Positions 26,529 through 40,509 of a stretch of 64,000 bases of DNA are shown in pieces. How positions within the stretch are numbered: position 1 is the first letter of the stretch; every line of letters starts with the position of its first letter. The stretch lies in the NCBI GenBank assembly GCA_964016885.1, contig OZ024743.1, positions 316,882,001-316,946,000 of the forward strand, in the 5' to 3' direction. The notes beneath the pieces are model-generated. The model worked only from the letters and a program-made list of their open reading frames with translations. It was not told the origin of the DNA and made no database searches. The position numbers and the translations under genes were made by a program. This stretch comes from Eledone cirrhosa (taxonomy: Eukaryota).

Positions 26529-28030
26529 CTAGCAGCAGCTCTGAGGATATCACAAAGCTGTGTGTCCTGATGGTAATTTTTTTTTTTTTTGGGGGGGGGG
26601 GGTAAACAACTCCAAGTAGAAGTGTTGACATGAACATATGTATATCGCAGAAAAATACTTGTGATTGGTTCAAATCAACGCAAGGAATTGCTGAAAAGTT
26701 TGAACGAATGTAGACTGTCACACCACCACCACCACGATTAATGTGGTCTTTGCGAAACAAGTTGTAGCCAGCTATGCTGAAAACCCCATCACAGAGTAAG
26801 GAATGTGTTCAATTTTCCGTGACTGTAATGAAATCAGGGTCGATACTTTTGACGTAAGAATCAAAAAGATGTATCTTATCGCATAGACTATGAGCATTAA
26901 AGAACAACAATTTGTACCTGATTTCAGTTTATGATAATGTGCAGGGGTTGGCAGGTTAGTTTTTTTCCGTTTTTTCATTGCCAGCTATTGGGGGTAGTGT
27001 GTTCAGACCAGCTGGTGTCTCTTTTCCATGTTTCACCAGCCTTAATAAATTTCCATATCTTCCCATCATCACGTAGGCTGAATCTTTCATATTGGGCTGA
27101 GTTGTGATTTAAGGAAGCTGCAGCACGTAGCTTTGGACGTACATCAGGTGGTAGGCCAAGGCGTGTTCGGAAAGTAATCTGATTTTCACGCCTAGCTTTA
27201 TCAGAGGCTAAAAGATATGAATGTGCCTCAGTAGGGTTTGAAAAAGACAGCCTAATTAGTCTGGGTTTCGGGCTTATTTGGCCAAGGCGGAGAGCACCCT
27301 TCGGGGGAGTACAGCCTAGGTCTTTGGATGAGCTGGCAGCAAATGCCTGAAGATCAGCTATGTCCTCTGATGCACCAATGGCAATTACTTCGTGGGTTAC
27401 AGATTCAGTGGCTTTCTCAATGCGTCTACGAGGGGATTTTTTAGCAAGGTACTCCAATAAGACCCCTCATTGTGGGGTTCTACACGAACGCTTGATTTGA
27501 TTCCTGCTATTTCTCAGCTTAAAGCAGAAATCATTTGTCGTATTTCCGCAAACTCCGTATTGACAGTCGATTTTTGTTGCTGTTCTTCTTCTTCAACGGG
27601 AATGGTAGGGGAAGACACAGTCGTCGGTTGTTGTCGAGAAGTAATGGGAGAGGAAAACATGGGTTGCTGTTGTTGATGATGTCCTTCAACAGTAATGGTA
27701 GTGGAAGCCACGGTCGTCGGTTTTTGTCGTTGTTCAGCAACAATGGTAGAGGAAGACACACAAGCCAGGCACTGAAAGCACCAATTTGGTAACTGGACCA
27801 TTTCCCAGAGTCCATCCATCATAGAAATATGGTGTCTCTTTTTCTGACCTAGGATCTTTCGAAAGTTTGTGGCACATTGAAGGCCAACAGAAACACGACA
27901 TTTACCAGATTCAACCCATCGATTTCGGAAGGAGTTCTCTGGTTCTGTACATAGATGACAGACGTGATTTTCTAGGCAATGTTCATCCTTTTTTTTTTTT
28001 CTTGTTTTGGATGAAGTAAAAGTACCAGTC
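26529..28030 (-). mobile_element. CR1-clade LINE 5' part (degenerate ORF1 with Cys-rich/PHD-like N-terminus plus start of endonuclease)
   Basis: CHLC...C...CFQC ORF1 remnant, KPRLIRLSF ORF1 C-terminal motif, then LFRKDH..RGGGGVTVYI..LGVVYPPP (APE N-terminus). Confidence 0.7.
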
Positions 28031-28974
28031 AAGTATTGGGATCAATTTAATCGGCTTTCCCTCCCCGCAAAATTACTGACTTGTGCCTATTGTAAAAATC
28101 ATAAATGTTTGTGGCACATTTACTAAATAGTATGAAGAATCTTATTTACATTTTCTAAACCCAATCGATATAATGAATATGATTTACAAAAGAGACAAAT
28201 CAATCGGAATTAATCAGAGAAAAAAGAAAAGAAAGAAAAATCAAGAGAAGACATATTCAATTTCTAGTAACCTGATAAAAAGCACCTGGTCCACCCTGTC
28301 GCACTGAAAACCAACCAATCCATCCGGTTAGATGGTCGTTGTGATACAACGACGAAAAACACCCAGTACACAATGTAAGGTGGTCGTGCTGGTGAAACGA
28401 CAAAAAGTACTGTCCACACTGTAAGGTGATTGTGCATGTGACAAGACAAAAAGCACTCAGTCCACACTGTAGGGTGGTTGTGCAGGTGACATTTCAAAAA
28501 GCACCCAGTCCACCCTGTAAGGTGCCAGGATAAAAAGTACCCAGTCAACACTGTAACGCGCGACAATAAAAAGTACCCAGTCCACACTGTAATGCGATTG
28601 ATGTTAGGAAGGGCATCTAACCATAGAAACTAAGCCAAAATACAGGTCCATATGAGCAAGACACGGTCTCTGGACCTGACTTGTCTCATATAGTGACAAC
28701 CGATCAAACCCATGCAACATATGGAAAATGGACGTTAAACGAGCATGGCGATGATGATGATAGCATGCATTGTTAGTGTTTTTCTTTGAAAACCCTTTCG
28801 GTAACTCAAGGCGCCCATTCTGGATTTTTTAATCTTGTTGCCTTTCATTTGTCCGTGGTCAATAAAGTAAGTACCGATCAGTTACTAGAATCAATTAAAT
28901 CGACTGCACTCTATATCCCCCCCCCCCACACACACACACATTCCATGTGTAACCTCATGCCTAAGATAAAAATT

Positions 28975-31326
28975 CTTATATCATACCAGCTCTAACTTCT
29001 GGGATATATCCCACCACTGCCTTATATTATACCAGCTCTAACATCTGGTATATATCCCACCACTGCCTTATATTATACCAGCTCTAACATCTGGGATATA
29101 TCCCACCACTGCCTTATATCATACCAGCTCTAACATCTGGTATATATCCCACCACTGCCTTATATTATACCAGCTCTAACATCTGGGATATATCCCACCA
29201 CTGCCTTATATTATACCAGCTCTAACATCTGAGATATATACCACCACTGCCTTATATTATACCAGCTCTAACTTCTGGACTATATCCCACCACTGCCTTA
29301 TATTATACCAGCTCTAACATCTGGTATATATCCCACCACTGCCTTATATTATACCAGCTCTAACTTCTGGGCTATACTCCACCACTGCCTTATATTATAC
29401 CAGCTCTAACTTCTGGTATATATTCCACCACTGCCTTATATTATACCAGCTCTAACATCTGGCATATATCCCACTACTGCCTTATATTATACCAGCTCTA
29501 ACATCTGGGATATATCCCACCACTGCCTTATATTATACCAGCTCTAACTTCTGGACTATATCCCACCACTGCCTTATATTATACCAGCTCTAACATCTGG
29601 TATATATCCCACCACTGTCTTATATTATACCAGCTCTAACATCTGGGATATATCCCACCACTGCCTTATATTATACCAGCTCTAACATCTGGGATATATC
29701 CCACCACTGCCTTATATCATACCAGCTCTAACTTCTGGGCTATATCCCACCACTGCCTTATATCATACCAGCTCTAACATCTGGGATATATCCCACCACT
29801 GCCTTATATTATACCAGCTCTAACATCTGGGATATATCCCACCACTGCCTTATATTATACCAGCTCTAACTTCTGGACTATATCCCACCACTGCCTTATA
29901 TTATACCAGCTCTAACATCTGGGATATATCCCACCACTGCCTTATATCATACCAGCTCTAACTTCTGGGCTATATCCCACCACTGCCTTATATCATACCA
30001 GCTCTAACATCTGGGATATATCCCACTACTGCCTTATATTATACCAGCTCTAACATCTGGGATATATCCCACCACTGCCTTATATTATACCAGCTCTAAC
30101 TTCTGGGATATATCCTACCACTGCCTTATATTATACCACCTCTATCATCTGGTATATATTCCACCACTGCCTTATATTATACCAGCTCTAACATCTGGTA
30201 TATATCCCACCACTGCCTAATATTATACCATCTTTAACATCTGGGATATATCCCACCACTGCCTTATATTATACCAGCTCTAACATCTGGGATATATCCC
30301 ACCACTGCCTTATATTCTACCAGCTCTAACTTCTGGGATATATCCCACTGCTACCTTATATTATACCAGCTCTAACATCTGGGATATATCCTACCACTGC
30401 CTTATATTATACCAGCTCTAACTTCTGGGCTATACTCCACCACTGCCTTATATCATACCAGCTCTAACATCTGGTATATATCCCACCACTGACTTATATT
30501 ATACCAGCTCTAACTTCTGGGATATATCCCACCACTGCCTTATATTATACCAGCTCTAACTTCTGGGATATATTCCACCACTGCCTTATATTATACCAGC
30601 TCTAATATCTGGTATATATCCCACCATTGCCTTATATTATACCAGCTCTAACTTCTGGGCTATATCCCACAACTGCCTTATATTATACCAGCTCTAACAT
30701 CTGGGCTATATCCCACCACTGCCTTATATTATACCAGCTCTAACATCTGGGATATATCCCACCACTGCCTTATATTATACCAGCTCTAACATCTGGGCTA
30801 TACTCCACCACTGCCATATATCATACCAGCTCTAACATCTGGGATATATTCCACCACTGCCTTATATTATACCAGCTCTAACATCTGGGCTATACTCCAC
30901 CACTGCCTTATATTATACCAGCTCTAACATCTGGTATATATCCCGCCACTGCCTTATATTATACCAGCTCTAACTTCTGGGCTATATTCCACCACTGCCT
31001 TATATTATACCAGCTCTAACTTCTGGTATATATCCCACCACTGCCTTATATTATACCAGCTCTAACTTCTGGACTATATCCCACCACTGCCTTATATCAT
31101 ACCAGCTCTAACTTCTGGGATATATCCCACCACTGCCTTATATTATACCACCTCTAACATCTGGTATATATCCCACCACTGCCTTATATTATACCAGCTC
31201 TAACTTCTGGACTATATTCCACCACTGCCTTATATCATACCAGCTCTAACATCTGGGATATATCCCACCACTGCCTTATATTATACTAGCCCTAACTTCT
31301 GGCATATATTCCACCACTGCCTTATA
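28975..31326. repeat. 46-bp satellite/minisatellite (~51 copies)
   Basis: Unit ataccagctctaacatctgggatatatcccaccactgccttatatt, period 46 (e.g. 29041 to 29087). Confidence 0.97.
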
Positions 31327-33532
31327 AAAGTTAGGTTGATATCAGAGGTAAATTAACAGACTAGAGTTATCATTGTATTATCTAATTAAATACCTCCATT
31401 TTCTGCCTTGAAATTAATTTGAAGTTAAAGTTGCCTGATTTATATCTTTCATTATCATATTTTTCATGAAATATATTGAATGTGTTTTAAATCATTAAAA
31501 AATAATCAAGAATTTAGAGAAATTTAATAAAATAACTTTTTTCATTAAGTTGGTGTTTAGAAAATAACAGAAAAGTTCTTAAATTATGATGGAAGGTTGT
31601 TATTTAGATGGTATAGTATGGTCTTGTAACTCCTAATGGAGTCATAGGGGCGCTGTAGTGGCATACAGTGTTTCTTGGGAATTTTAAGCCTGGTGGAGCC
31701 CTTCTCCTCTCCAGGTTTGATTACAACAGATTTCCTCCAGAGAAGGATAGAAAGTGAGAGAGAGGAAATGAGAAAGAGATATAGAGGAAAAATCAACCCA
31801 TTTCTTGATACTCCATGGTATGTGACAGTTGTGCTCTGTGACATCCTGTGTCATCTGTTAACTAATTGATTTATGTCTTCATGGCGGCAACCAATGTGAT
31901 TGTTTTGACCATGGCAAGGTATTCTAAGTTCACTAACCAGCTTCTCTTTATTTCAAAAGAGCCCAACAAAGGTTTAGAACAACAGGGGAACCTATCCTTC
32001 TCAATGGTTCTGAGACTTTGACCTTGCACTCCCATCTACAGAGCCATTTAGATGGATGTTACACTACCCTTCTGAGAAAGGCTTAAAATATTCTTTGGCA
32101 GACACATCCCTTGCTTAATCAGATATACAGGAAAATCGCAACAGTGCATGACTAATTGAACGTTGTACAAGGTTTTCTGGTCACTGCTTCTGTGCAAAAG
32201 ATTAGATGGTTTGTGGGAGATCCCCTCTACCAGAAAGCTGAAATACCAGGATATCAGAGCAAGAGATGCTGAAATTGACAAGGATGACCCACTAACCTTG
32301 ATGAGAAACAGAAACTGTTAGTATGAAGTTTTGCATGCTGTCTCACCTAAGGATGATGGATAAGTGACATAAGGTTGTTGACCATAGTCCATAGTAAGTT
32401 GACCACAATGGGGTATTACTGTCAAACAAACCAATTCCCCTTTATTTCATCTCTAGCATTGTACAGGAGGTACGAGGTTAGTGGTAATGGTGTTGGACTT
32501 ATGATCATAACGTCATGAGTTCGACTCCTGGACTTGGTTGTGTGTTCTTAAGCAAAACACTTCATTTCATGTTGTTCCAGTATACTCAGCTGAAAATGAG
32601 TACCAGCAATAGCTGGGAGTTTAACCCTGCAAATGGCTGGCATCCTATCCAGGAGAAAGTCTTTTCCTCTCACTCACTTCATGCCATGTAAATCAAGATA
32701 AGCACCAGCCTCATGAGCCTCCAGGCTCGAGACAGACTTTAGATTTTTAGACTTTAGCATTATACAGCAAAATACTCTCTTATTTCTCCAATAGTGTCTT
32801 TAAGACACTTTAAGTAGCTTATCATCTTTAGTTGGGTGTTGGGTGTTCTTCCCAGGACATATTCGAAATGGCACAAATATTTGCCATTTTTAGAAAGTAT
32901 TACACAATTCTAATCACCAGGCACAAGTAAAGCTGTTTGGTTAAGTAGATTGTTTCACAATCATGTAGTTTTAGGTTCACTCCCACTCTATGGCATCTTA
33001 GCTAAATGCTGTTTACAATAGCTTTCAGTTGACCAATGCCTTGTCAGTAGAATTCTGTAGACAGAAACTGCAGAAGCCAATTTTGAATAGTCCACCACCA
33101 TAACCATCATCATCATCATACATTAACTTTTCCATGCTTGCATGAGTCTTATCCAGCACAGCATCCCCCTACTCATCGAAGTCCTTCATCATTTCCTTTG
33201 TGAACTTCAGTAATTTAAGATCAGGTCTCACAATTTCTGCTCAAGTCTTCCTTAATCTCCTTTGGGTTTTACTATCATCTATGAATAACTATTAACACAC
33301 CAGTAACTAGTTTTAGATTATGTAGTCACTATTTATGAGCTTGTAAAAAGTGCTTCTATGTAGGCACTTATCTTGTTCAACATAACAGTCAAATCTCCTT
33401 CAGCACACTTTGTAACATTTTAAAATAGGAAACATGTGTAAACCTTAGGACAACATGACAACAATAAAGATAGGATGAATATGAATAGGCACTGATACAA
33501 TGGTATATACCTTAAACTGGCATGCCAGACGA

Positions 33533-33610
33533 TTATGATTCACTGTTGTGACCTCCAGTTTCCTCTGTCCTTAGACTAGTGATTTCCTTTGCCAAATTGA
33601 GAGAAAGACC
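33533..33610 (-). CDS. Candidate terminal coding exon of the coiled-coil gene
   Basis: tag|GGT...TAA reads GLSLNLAKEITSLRTEETGGHNSES* in phase 0, matching the donor at 42131. AAG|gtat follows at 33511. The polypyrimidine tract is weak. Confidence 0.25.
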   Translation of the reverse strand, partial: GLSLNLAKEITSLRTEETGGHNSES

Positions 33611-33702
33611 CTATGTTATTCTCTATGGCAATACAGCTGATATATAATTTCCAGCTAAGGGAGTAGATATTTTATATATAGATGATGACGGTTATATATA
33701 TA

Positions 33703-36633
33703 TAAACAATTGCTACAATCATATCAGCTTACGCACCCCAATAGGGGTTGCCAGACGAACTTAAAGATAGCTTTTACGAGTCCTTAATGCACACTACTGC
33801 TCTAACAAACGACAATGACTTCCTAATCATTGCAGGAGACTTTAACTGACATGTTGGGAAACACGGTGATGATTTCTATAGAGTCCATGGAGGCTAGATG
33901 TTTGGCACAAGAAACGAAGAATGCTTCAGACTCCTAGAATTCTGCGACGCCAATGACATGTCAATATGTAACACAAACTTCAAAAATCCCGACAACCAAC
34001 TGATCACCTATAGATCAGGGGAGCATTCTAGTCAGATAGATTTTATCCCTATCAGAGATAGATGGACGATCGTAAACACAAAAGCCTTCCCCGGTGAGGA
34101 ATGTACCTCCCAAGATAACTTAGTTGTCAGTGACCGCATTGTCAGAACTAGAGTTACTTGGAAAGAGAAGGCAACCTGGAGAAGAAAGATTAGGAAGCTG
34201 AAAGACTCCTCAGCCAGTAACAGATTTAAGGATATCTTACTTGACGTCTATGACAGTAAAGAAGAACAGTTAGAGACATTCAATGTAGAAAAGCACAGGG
34301 AATTCCTAAAAAATAACTTACTAAAGGCGACGGACGAGATTTGTGGTTGGAGCAAGACCACAAGGAGGAGGAAAGTGACTTGGTGGTGGAACAATAGGGT
34401 AGATGTGGCGGTTAAGGCTAAGAGACAGGCATGGAAAGAATGGAAGAATGGAGGAAACAGGGTACATTACATAGAGACTAGGAGGGAAGCTAGGTGACAA
34501 GTATACTTAGCTAGAAGGGAAGTGGAAGATAGAAAATTCAAGCATGTTTTGCAGCGTGAGGACCAGTGTCATTGGAGAGAAGTGTATCCAGAATGATAAA
34601 GGTGAGCTTACCCTCACAAGTGCCAAGAAAAAAGCTGCGTGGAAGAGCCATTATGAAAGATTACTAAATGAGAAGAATGCATGAGAGAAAGAGACTCTAC
34701 TCCAAGTAGACCCTATATTGGGACCAGCAATACAAGTCAGCAGCAGCGTAGTTAGTAAGGCAATTAAAGATATGAAGACTGGGAAGGCAACTGGTCCATT
34801 GAGTATAGCTGCTGAGATGCTGAACATATTGTTAACCAGGTAATACAAGAGGGTGTCATACAAAGGATTGGCGCAGCAGCATCATTGTCAACTGCTACAA
34901 GAGTAAAGGAGATGCATTAGATAGAGGAAACTATAGAGGTATAAAGCTGATGGACCTGGTCATGAAATTAACAGAAAAAGTTTAGCACAGTTGATTAGGA
35001 ACTGGGTAAAACTAGATGAGATGCAGTTTGGGTTTGTGCCAGGAAAAAGCACCACTGATGCTCTCTTCCATGTGAGGCAGTTACAGGAAAAGTACCTAGC
35101 TAAAAGTAAACCAGTCTACCTGGCATTCGTCAATCTGGAAAAAGCCTTCGACAGAGTGCCCCATGGTATAATCTGGTGGGCTCTTAGAAAACTAGGAGTA
35201 GATGAATGGCTTGCGAAAGCTGTACAAGCCATGTATAGGGGAGCAGTCAGCAAAGTTAGGGTTAACAATGACAATAGCAAGGAATTTAGCATACAGGTAG
35301 GTGTCCACCAGGGCTCTGTTCTTAGCCCTCTCCTGTTTATTATAGTATTGCAGGCTATAACAGAGGAGTTTAAGACCGGATGCCCATGGGAACTTCTGTA
35401 TGCAGATGATCTTACACTTATAGCTGAATCTATGGCAGAACTAAAGAAGAAATTCCAAATATGGAAGCAAGGACTAGAAAGAAGAGGTCTCAAAGTCAAC
35501 CTGTCAAAGACTAAGGTCCTCATAAGTAAATGAGAAAACAGAGCCTAGATCCCATCAGGGAAATGGTCTTGCTCAGTATGTAAGAAAAGTGTAGGTAGGA
35601 ATTCCATCCTCTGCCCCAAATGCAAACTATAGGTACACAAGAGATGTAGTGGGATCTCAGGAAGCTTAGTTAGGAATGTAGGCTTTACATGTAGCAGCTG
35701 TAGTGGGACAGTAAGCAGCAAATGGCCACAGGAAACAAGCACTACCAAACTCTGGGAGGGCTCTATAGAAACAGTAGACAGCTTCTGCTACCTAGGTTAC
35801 CAAATTAGCAGCGGCGATGGGTGTTCTGAAAGTACAGTAACCAGGGTAAGAACAGGATGGGAGAAGTTCAGGGAGCTACTACCATTGCTAGCTGCAAAAG
35901 GCTTTTCCCTCAAAATGAAAGGTAGACTTTATGATGCATGCATTCGAACAGCAATGTTACATGGTAGTGAGACCTGGTCGCTGTCTGTAGAAGACTTGCG
36001 TAGATTAGAAAGAAACGAAGCTTGCATGTTCCGATGGATGTGTAATAGTAATATATGCGAACGGCAAAGCATAAACAGAGAGAGAGAGACTAAGCATAAG
36101 AGGAATCAAATGATGTATGCAGGAGAGGAGGATGTGTTGGTATGGACATGTGATGTATATGTAGGATGATGGCTGCCTAAAAACGTGCAGAGCACGGAAA
36201 GTTGATGGAAGCTGTGGAGTGGGGAGACCCAAGAAGACCTGGGATGAGGTGATAAAAGCTGACCTAGCCCAATTATACCTCTCAACAGCGATGACACAGC
36301 ACTGTCACCTCTGGCGTCACGCAGTAATACAGAAGACCCAACTTCCCACGGGAACAAGCCGAAGCATATAGACATTATGCCCCCATCCCCTCCCACTGCA
36401 AAGTGGTCATGGAGGTGTCACAACAAAAAAGCACCCAACCCACACTGTAAAGTGGACATGTAGCACCCAGCACTTACTGTAAATGAGATTGGTGTTAGGA
36501 AGGGCATCCAGCTGTAGAAGTCAAGCCAGAATCAGTTCCCGTATGAGCCAGACAAGGTCACCCGACCTAACATTGTCCACAACAGGACAACCTGTCTAAA
36601 CCATGCTAGTGTAGAAGAATGGACGTAAAACGG

Positions 36634-36667
<34 letters not shown>

Positions 36668-36668
36668 A
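33703..36668 (+). mobile_element. RTE-clade LINE, ~3 kb, with stops and frameshifts
   Basis: APE (SAYAP, AGDFN, SQIDFI), TWWWN, RT (QFGFVPGKSTTDA, KAFDRV, GVHQGSVLSP, LYADD), PHD remnant, HGSETW, 3'UTR and (GAT)n tail. Confidence 0.92.
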
Positions 36669-37099
36669 TATATGAGAAAGTGGTTACTTGCCGAAACTGC
36701 CTGAACTCGCAATTGATCCTCTACTTCACTAATATATTCACTCTGCATCATACCATATATCCCAGTCCCTGTACCACAAACTATCAATATATATATATAT
36801 ATATCATCATCATCATCAACCAAAATAACAGAGCATACAAGTGCCCTTAATGGAAAAACTATGGATATTAGCACCTGTGTAATGGTAGTATTTCTGCCTG
36901 GCAAGCATGACAGTATGGGTTCATGTCCCACAAGTGCTAATGATGACGGTGATATACTATCCAGCCAAAAATATAGAATCCCCCTTTTTTTTCTTTTTTC
37001 TTTCATTCTTTTTTTTCTATCTGTCATTATGATATTGTAAGTAAAATGTTTGTGTCTTTGTAAACCCACTCCAGAAACGTAGCATGAGGCCAATCTCAT

Positions 37100-37480
37100 C
37101 TTCTTCTATCATCTGTAGGTTCCCATAGCAGTAACTGGTGTAATGCTTCTTCTTGATCTCTTTGCCATATGTCACCTATCAGACTGAGTCTTCTAGCCTT
37201 TATGATGTTTGTAATCGGTCTCAGGTCGCTGTATAGAGACTAGTATGTTCTGTGCTCCCTCCAAGATATATTTTGGACTTTCCTCAGTAGTCTTGTATAT
37301 GAGCCATCTAACCTCCTTTCCACTTTTTTTTTGTGAGTGTCCAGCATTTTGCTCCATACATAAGCTCACTTTCATCTGTTGATCAAAAGAATTTAACTTT
37401 TAGTTTGGTGTTCAAGTTTGATTTCCAAATGACATTCATTTTGTTTGTACCTGTCCAGGCTTGTAAAGACACAAATCTTA
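37100..37480 (-). mobile_element. Degenerate RTE-like LINE fragment
   Basis: LMYGAKCWT and RPKYILEG remnants, with a short (GAA/GAT) tail. Confidence 0.5.
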
Positions 37481-37911
37481 GAAAGAATGAACTTACGGAA
37501 GCCATGCTGGATAGTGGAGAAGTACAATTATCAACATTGTCTGAGGAAACTCGACATGATGATGATGTGAAGTAAAATTCAATTGTGTGTTTTGCTATCT
37601 ATAAAAGAAATTGTTGATTCTGGTTACATCTAATTATTTGATTAACTACTTCTCTGCTAGGAGTTGCAACTGGTAGATCTATGGAAAGACCAATGGAAAC
37701 ATTGTTCTCTTGGTTCAATTGGACGAGTTCCACTCCACTTGGTAAGCGAATGAGGTCTGGGATCTTGTCAATCGATGTAACAACCTTTCTGCTCTATAAC
37801 TGATCAAGGCTGCACAATAATAAAATCAGCAGTATATTTATTTTGAATCATAACTGACTTGGAAAAGAAACTCAAGTGTTTAGTGGTGTGATAACCCATA
37901 GCTTTCTGAAC

Positions 37912-38374
37912 TTAACCCTTCCATGACCATATTTCTAATGAAAAACACTGCTTATGATTTTTAAATGATTTTGAAAATAATCAAGAATGTCAAGATTTAG
38001 TAAAATAATTTACTTTCTCAGTATTTATTTTGTGTTTTAATTATAGTGGCGCGACAGAATTGTTAGAGGATCTAACAAAAATATTTTGCTCTTTAAGTTC
38101 TGAGTTCAAATCCTGCCAGGACCAACTATGCTTTTCATCCTTCCTGGGTCAATAAAATTAAGTACCAGTCAAGTACTGGAGCCCATTTAATCCACCTACT
38201 TCCTTAAATCAATAAGCCTTGCGTATGTTTTAGAAAACAGTATTAAGTTAGTGTTTATAACATAAATTAACAAATGTTCTTACATAGAATTAAGATGGAA
38301 GGCTTTTAAGCTAAACAGTTTTGTATTGTAGAGCCAAGGGCTAGTTTTCGATAGTTTTGTATCAAATGGGTTAA
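37912..38374. mobile_element. piggyBac-like MITE interrupted by a SINE
   Basis: ttaaccct...gggttaa ends. The body (gaaaataatcaagaat, aacataa..aacaaa) recurs at ~6360-6575, 7560, 10320, 31480, 53700-53945 and 63675. Confidence 0.55.
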
Positions 38375-40229
38375 AACTGGCTAGAGCTGTATTGAAAAGT
38401 CATTTGTGTAAAGAGCTGATTTTATTATTACCAGCTGGATTGGCAGTATCGGTAGAGGTTCGGATGCCACACTTTGCAGCATAGAATTACGGCCCTTTAT
38501 GGTCTGAGTTCAAATCCCACCTTTCATCCTTACGGAGTCAATAAAATAAAGTAGCAGTAATGCACTGAGGTAATTGCTGGCCTTGTGCCAAAAGTAGAAA
38601 CAATTATTACCAAGCTGGTAAATAAATGGTTAAAGTGGCTTAGTGGTTAAAACAGTGGGCTTACAATTGTCAGATTGTGAGTTTGATTCCCAGACCAGGC
38701 AGTGTTGAGTCCTTGAGCAAGACACTTTATTTCATATTGCTCCAGTTTATTCAGCTGTAGGAATGAATTGCAGCATCAGTGGTGCCAAATGTATTGGCAT
38801 TTGCCTTCCTCTTGAACAACATTGGTGGTGTGAAGAGGGGAGACTGGTATGCATGAGGGACTGCTGGTCTTCCACAAAAAACTTTGTGCCACGGAAGGGA
38901 ACCTTCTAGGTGCAAAACTCATGGCCATTCCGGACCAAAACGGTATCTCTAAAGTAGCTGAGACATGTTTCATCACAGATTCTACAGTGAGTTGAAAAAA
39001 AAAAATTGAAAACAGAATTGCTTGATATATTATTGATTTATTGATTAGTGGTTATATTGTTATTGATAGATTGAGTGGTAGGTTTAAAAGGAAGAGACAG
39101 CAGATCGTAGAATCATAAGAGTGTGAAACAAAACATTTTACAGTATCTAGTTACAATCCTTCATATTCTTTGTTCTAATCAATCTCTGGTTGATTTTTGC
39201 CTTTCATCATTCTGGAGTCAATAAGATAATTGTCGATTGATGGCTGGGTAGAAATAAGTGCGCGTCCCCACCCTCACAAAGTTGTGGTTTTGTGCCTTTA
39301 TAAGAAATCGATATAGAATGTTTAAGTTTATAAACAATAAAGATTGTAACAAAATATTTTTTTCTATTAGGAAGATAACAATTACAACAAGCATTTTAAT
39401 ACCATTTTTCTTAATAAAATGTTTTTCTATAAGGAAGACAATAACAAGTGTTTTAAAGCTATTTTCCCTACTAAAGCAATAGGAAGTATTATGGGTCCCA
39501 TGACAAGCTTTTCCATTTTGACCTCTCATCTTGCATCTTTTCTCAGTTCCTCCTTCATCTTGGTCTTCACCTTCTACTTCTTTCCATCCTTTCTCTCACC
39601 CAGTCACTTTTAGTCACTTCCATCCATCCTCAACATATGACCTAACCATCTCATTCCATTTCCTTTCACAACATTCATCACTGGCTCTATTCTAATCACT
39701 CCTCTTACCTGGTCACTTGAACCATTTCCCTTCATGGCATTCATCACTGGTTCTATTCTTCTCACCTAGTCACTTTCATTCGTCCTTAATACATGACCCA
39801 ACCATCTTGTTCTATTTAGTGCAGTGGATTGGCTGTATTGGTAGAGTCAGACAACATGCTTCACGTCATAGAGTTAGTCCTTTACGTTTTGAGTTCAAAA
39901 CCTGCTGAGGTTAGCATTGCCTTTCACCCTTATGGGGTTGATAAAATAAAGTACCAGTAATGCACTGGGGGTTCAATTTAATCAATTCCCCCCACCCCCC
40001 ACAAAATTGTTGGCTTTGTGCCTAAATCAGAAACCATTATTTTACATCCACTTTGTATGCTGACATGGGTTGGACAGGTGTTCATAGTCCAAGACATAAA
40101 GCCGTCGTTGTGTCCTAATACATTGAGTGGGATATATTCATATAGTAATTCAGCAACGCAGCACATTGGACACATTGGTCGGGAACAACATGGTATGTAT
40201 ATGTATTCAACTCCTCTTATTCAAAACAA

Positions 40230-40332
40230 TTCTGACTCTGATGAAGGAATTGTAATTCTTCCAATATTGGTTATTTCAATGACTTAAAATGTTTTTTGTT
40301 TTTTTTAATTCCAGAAACCATGGTCGGGAAAT
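40230..40332 (+). ncRNA. Degenerate hammerhead-like motif in a Penelope-like repeat
   Basis: ttctgact CTGATGA a ggaatt...aattcc a GAAA CCATGG TC. An inverted diverged copy of the same repeat lies at ~8420-8580. Confidence 0.4.
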
Positions 40333-40509
40333 GCTATGAGTCAAACTGACTTATTCTAGTCAGTCTTGGTTATATCCCACCAAAATGAGATTTTGGCTTA
40401 AGTTTTAATATATTTTATTACTTCTCTGAGTAGATAATTTATTAATATATCTTATCCTTTTATTGAGATGTCTAAGTATTAGAGACAATTAACTTTATAT
40501 ATATATAAC

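Noticed and set aside
28975-31326. CRISPR-like array
   Set aside because: Contiguous units with no unique spacers, no cas genes, and eukaryotic context.
31584-32400. Short ORFs in moderately complex sequence
   Set aside because: No recognisable motifs or consistent splice sites. Probably an old TE remnant.
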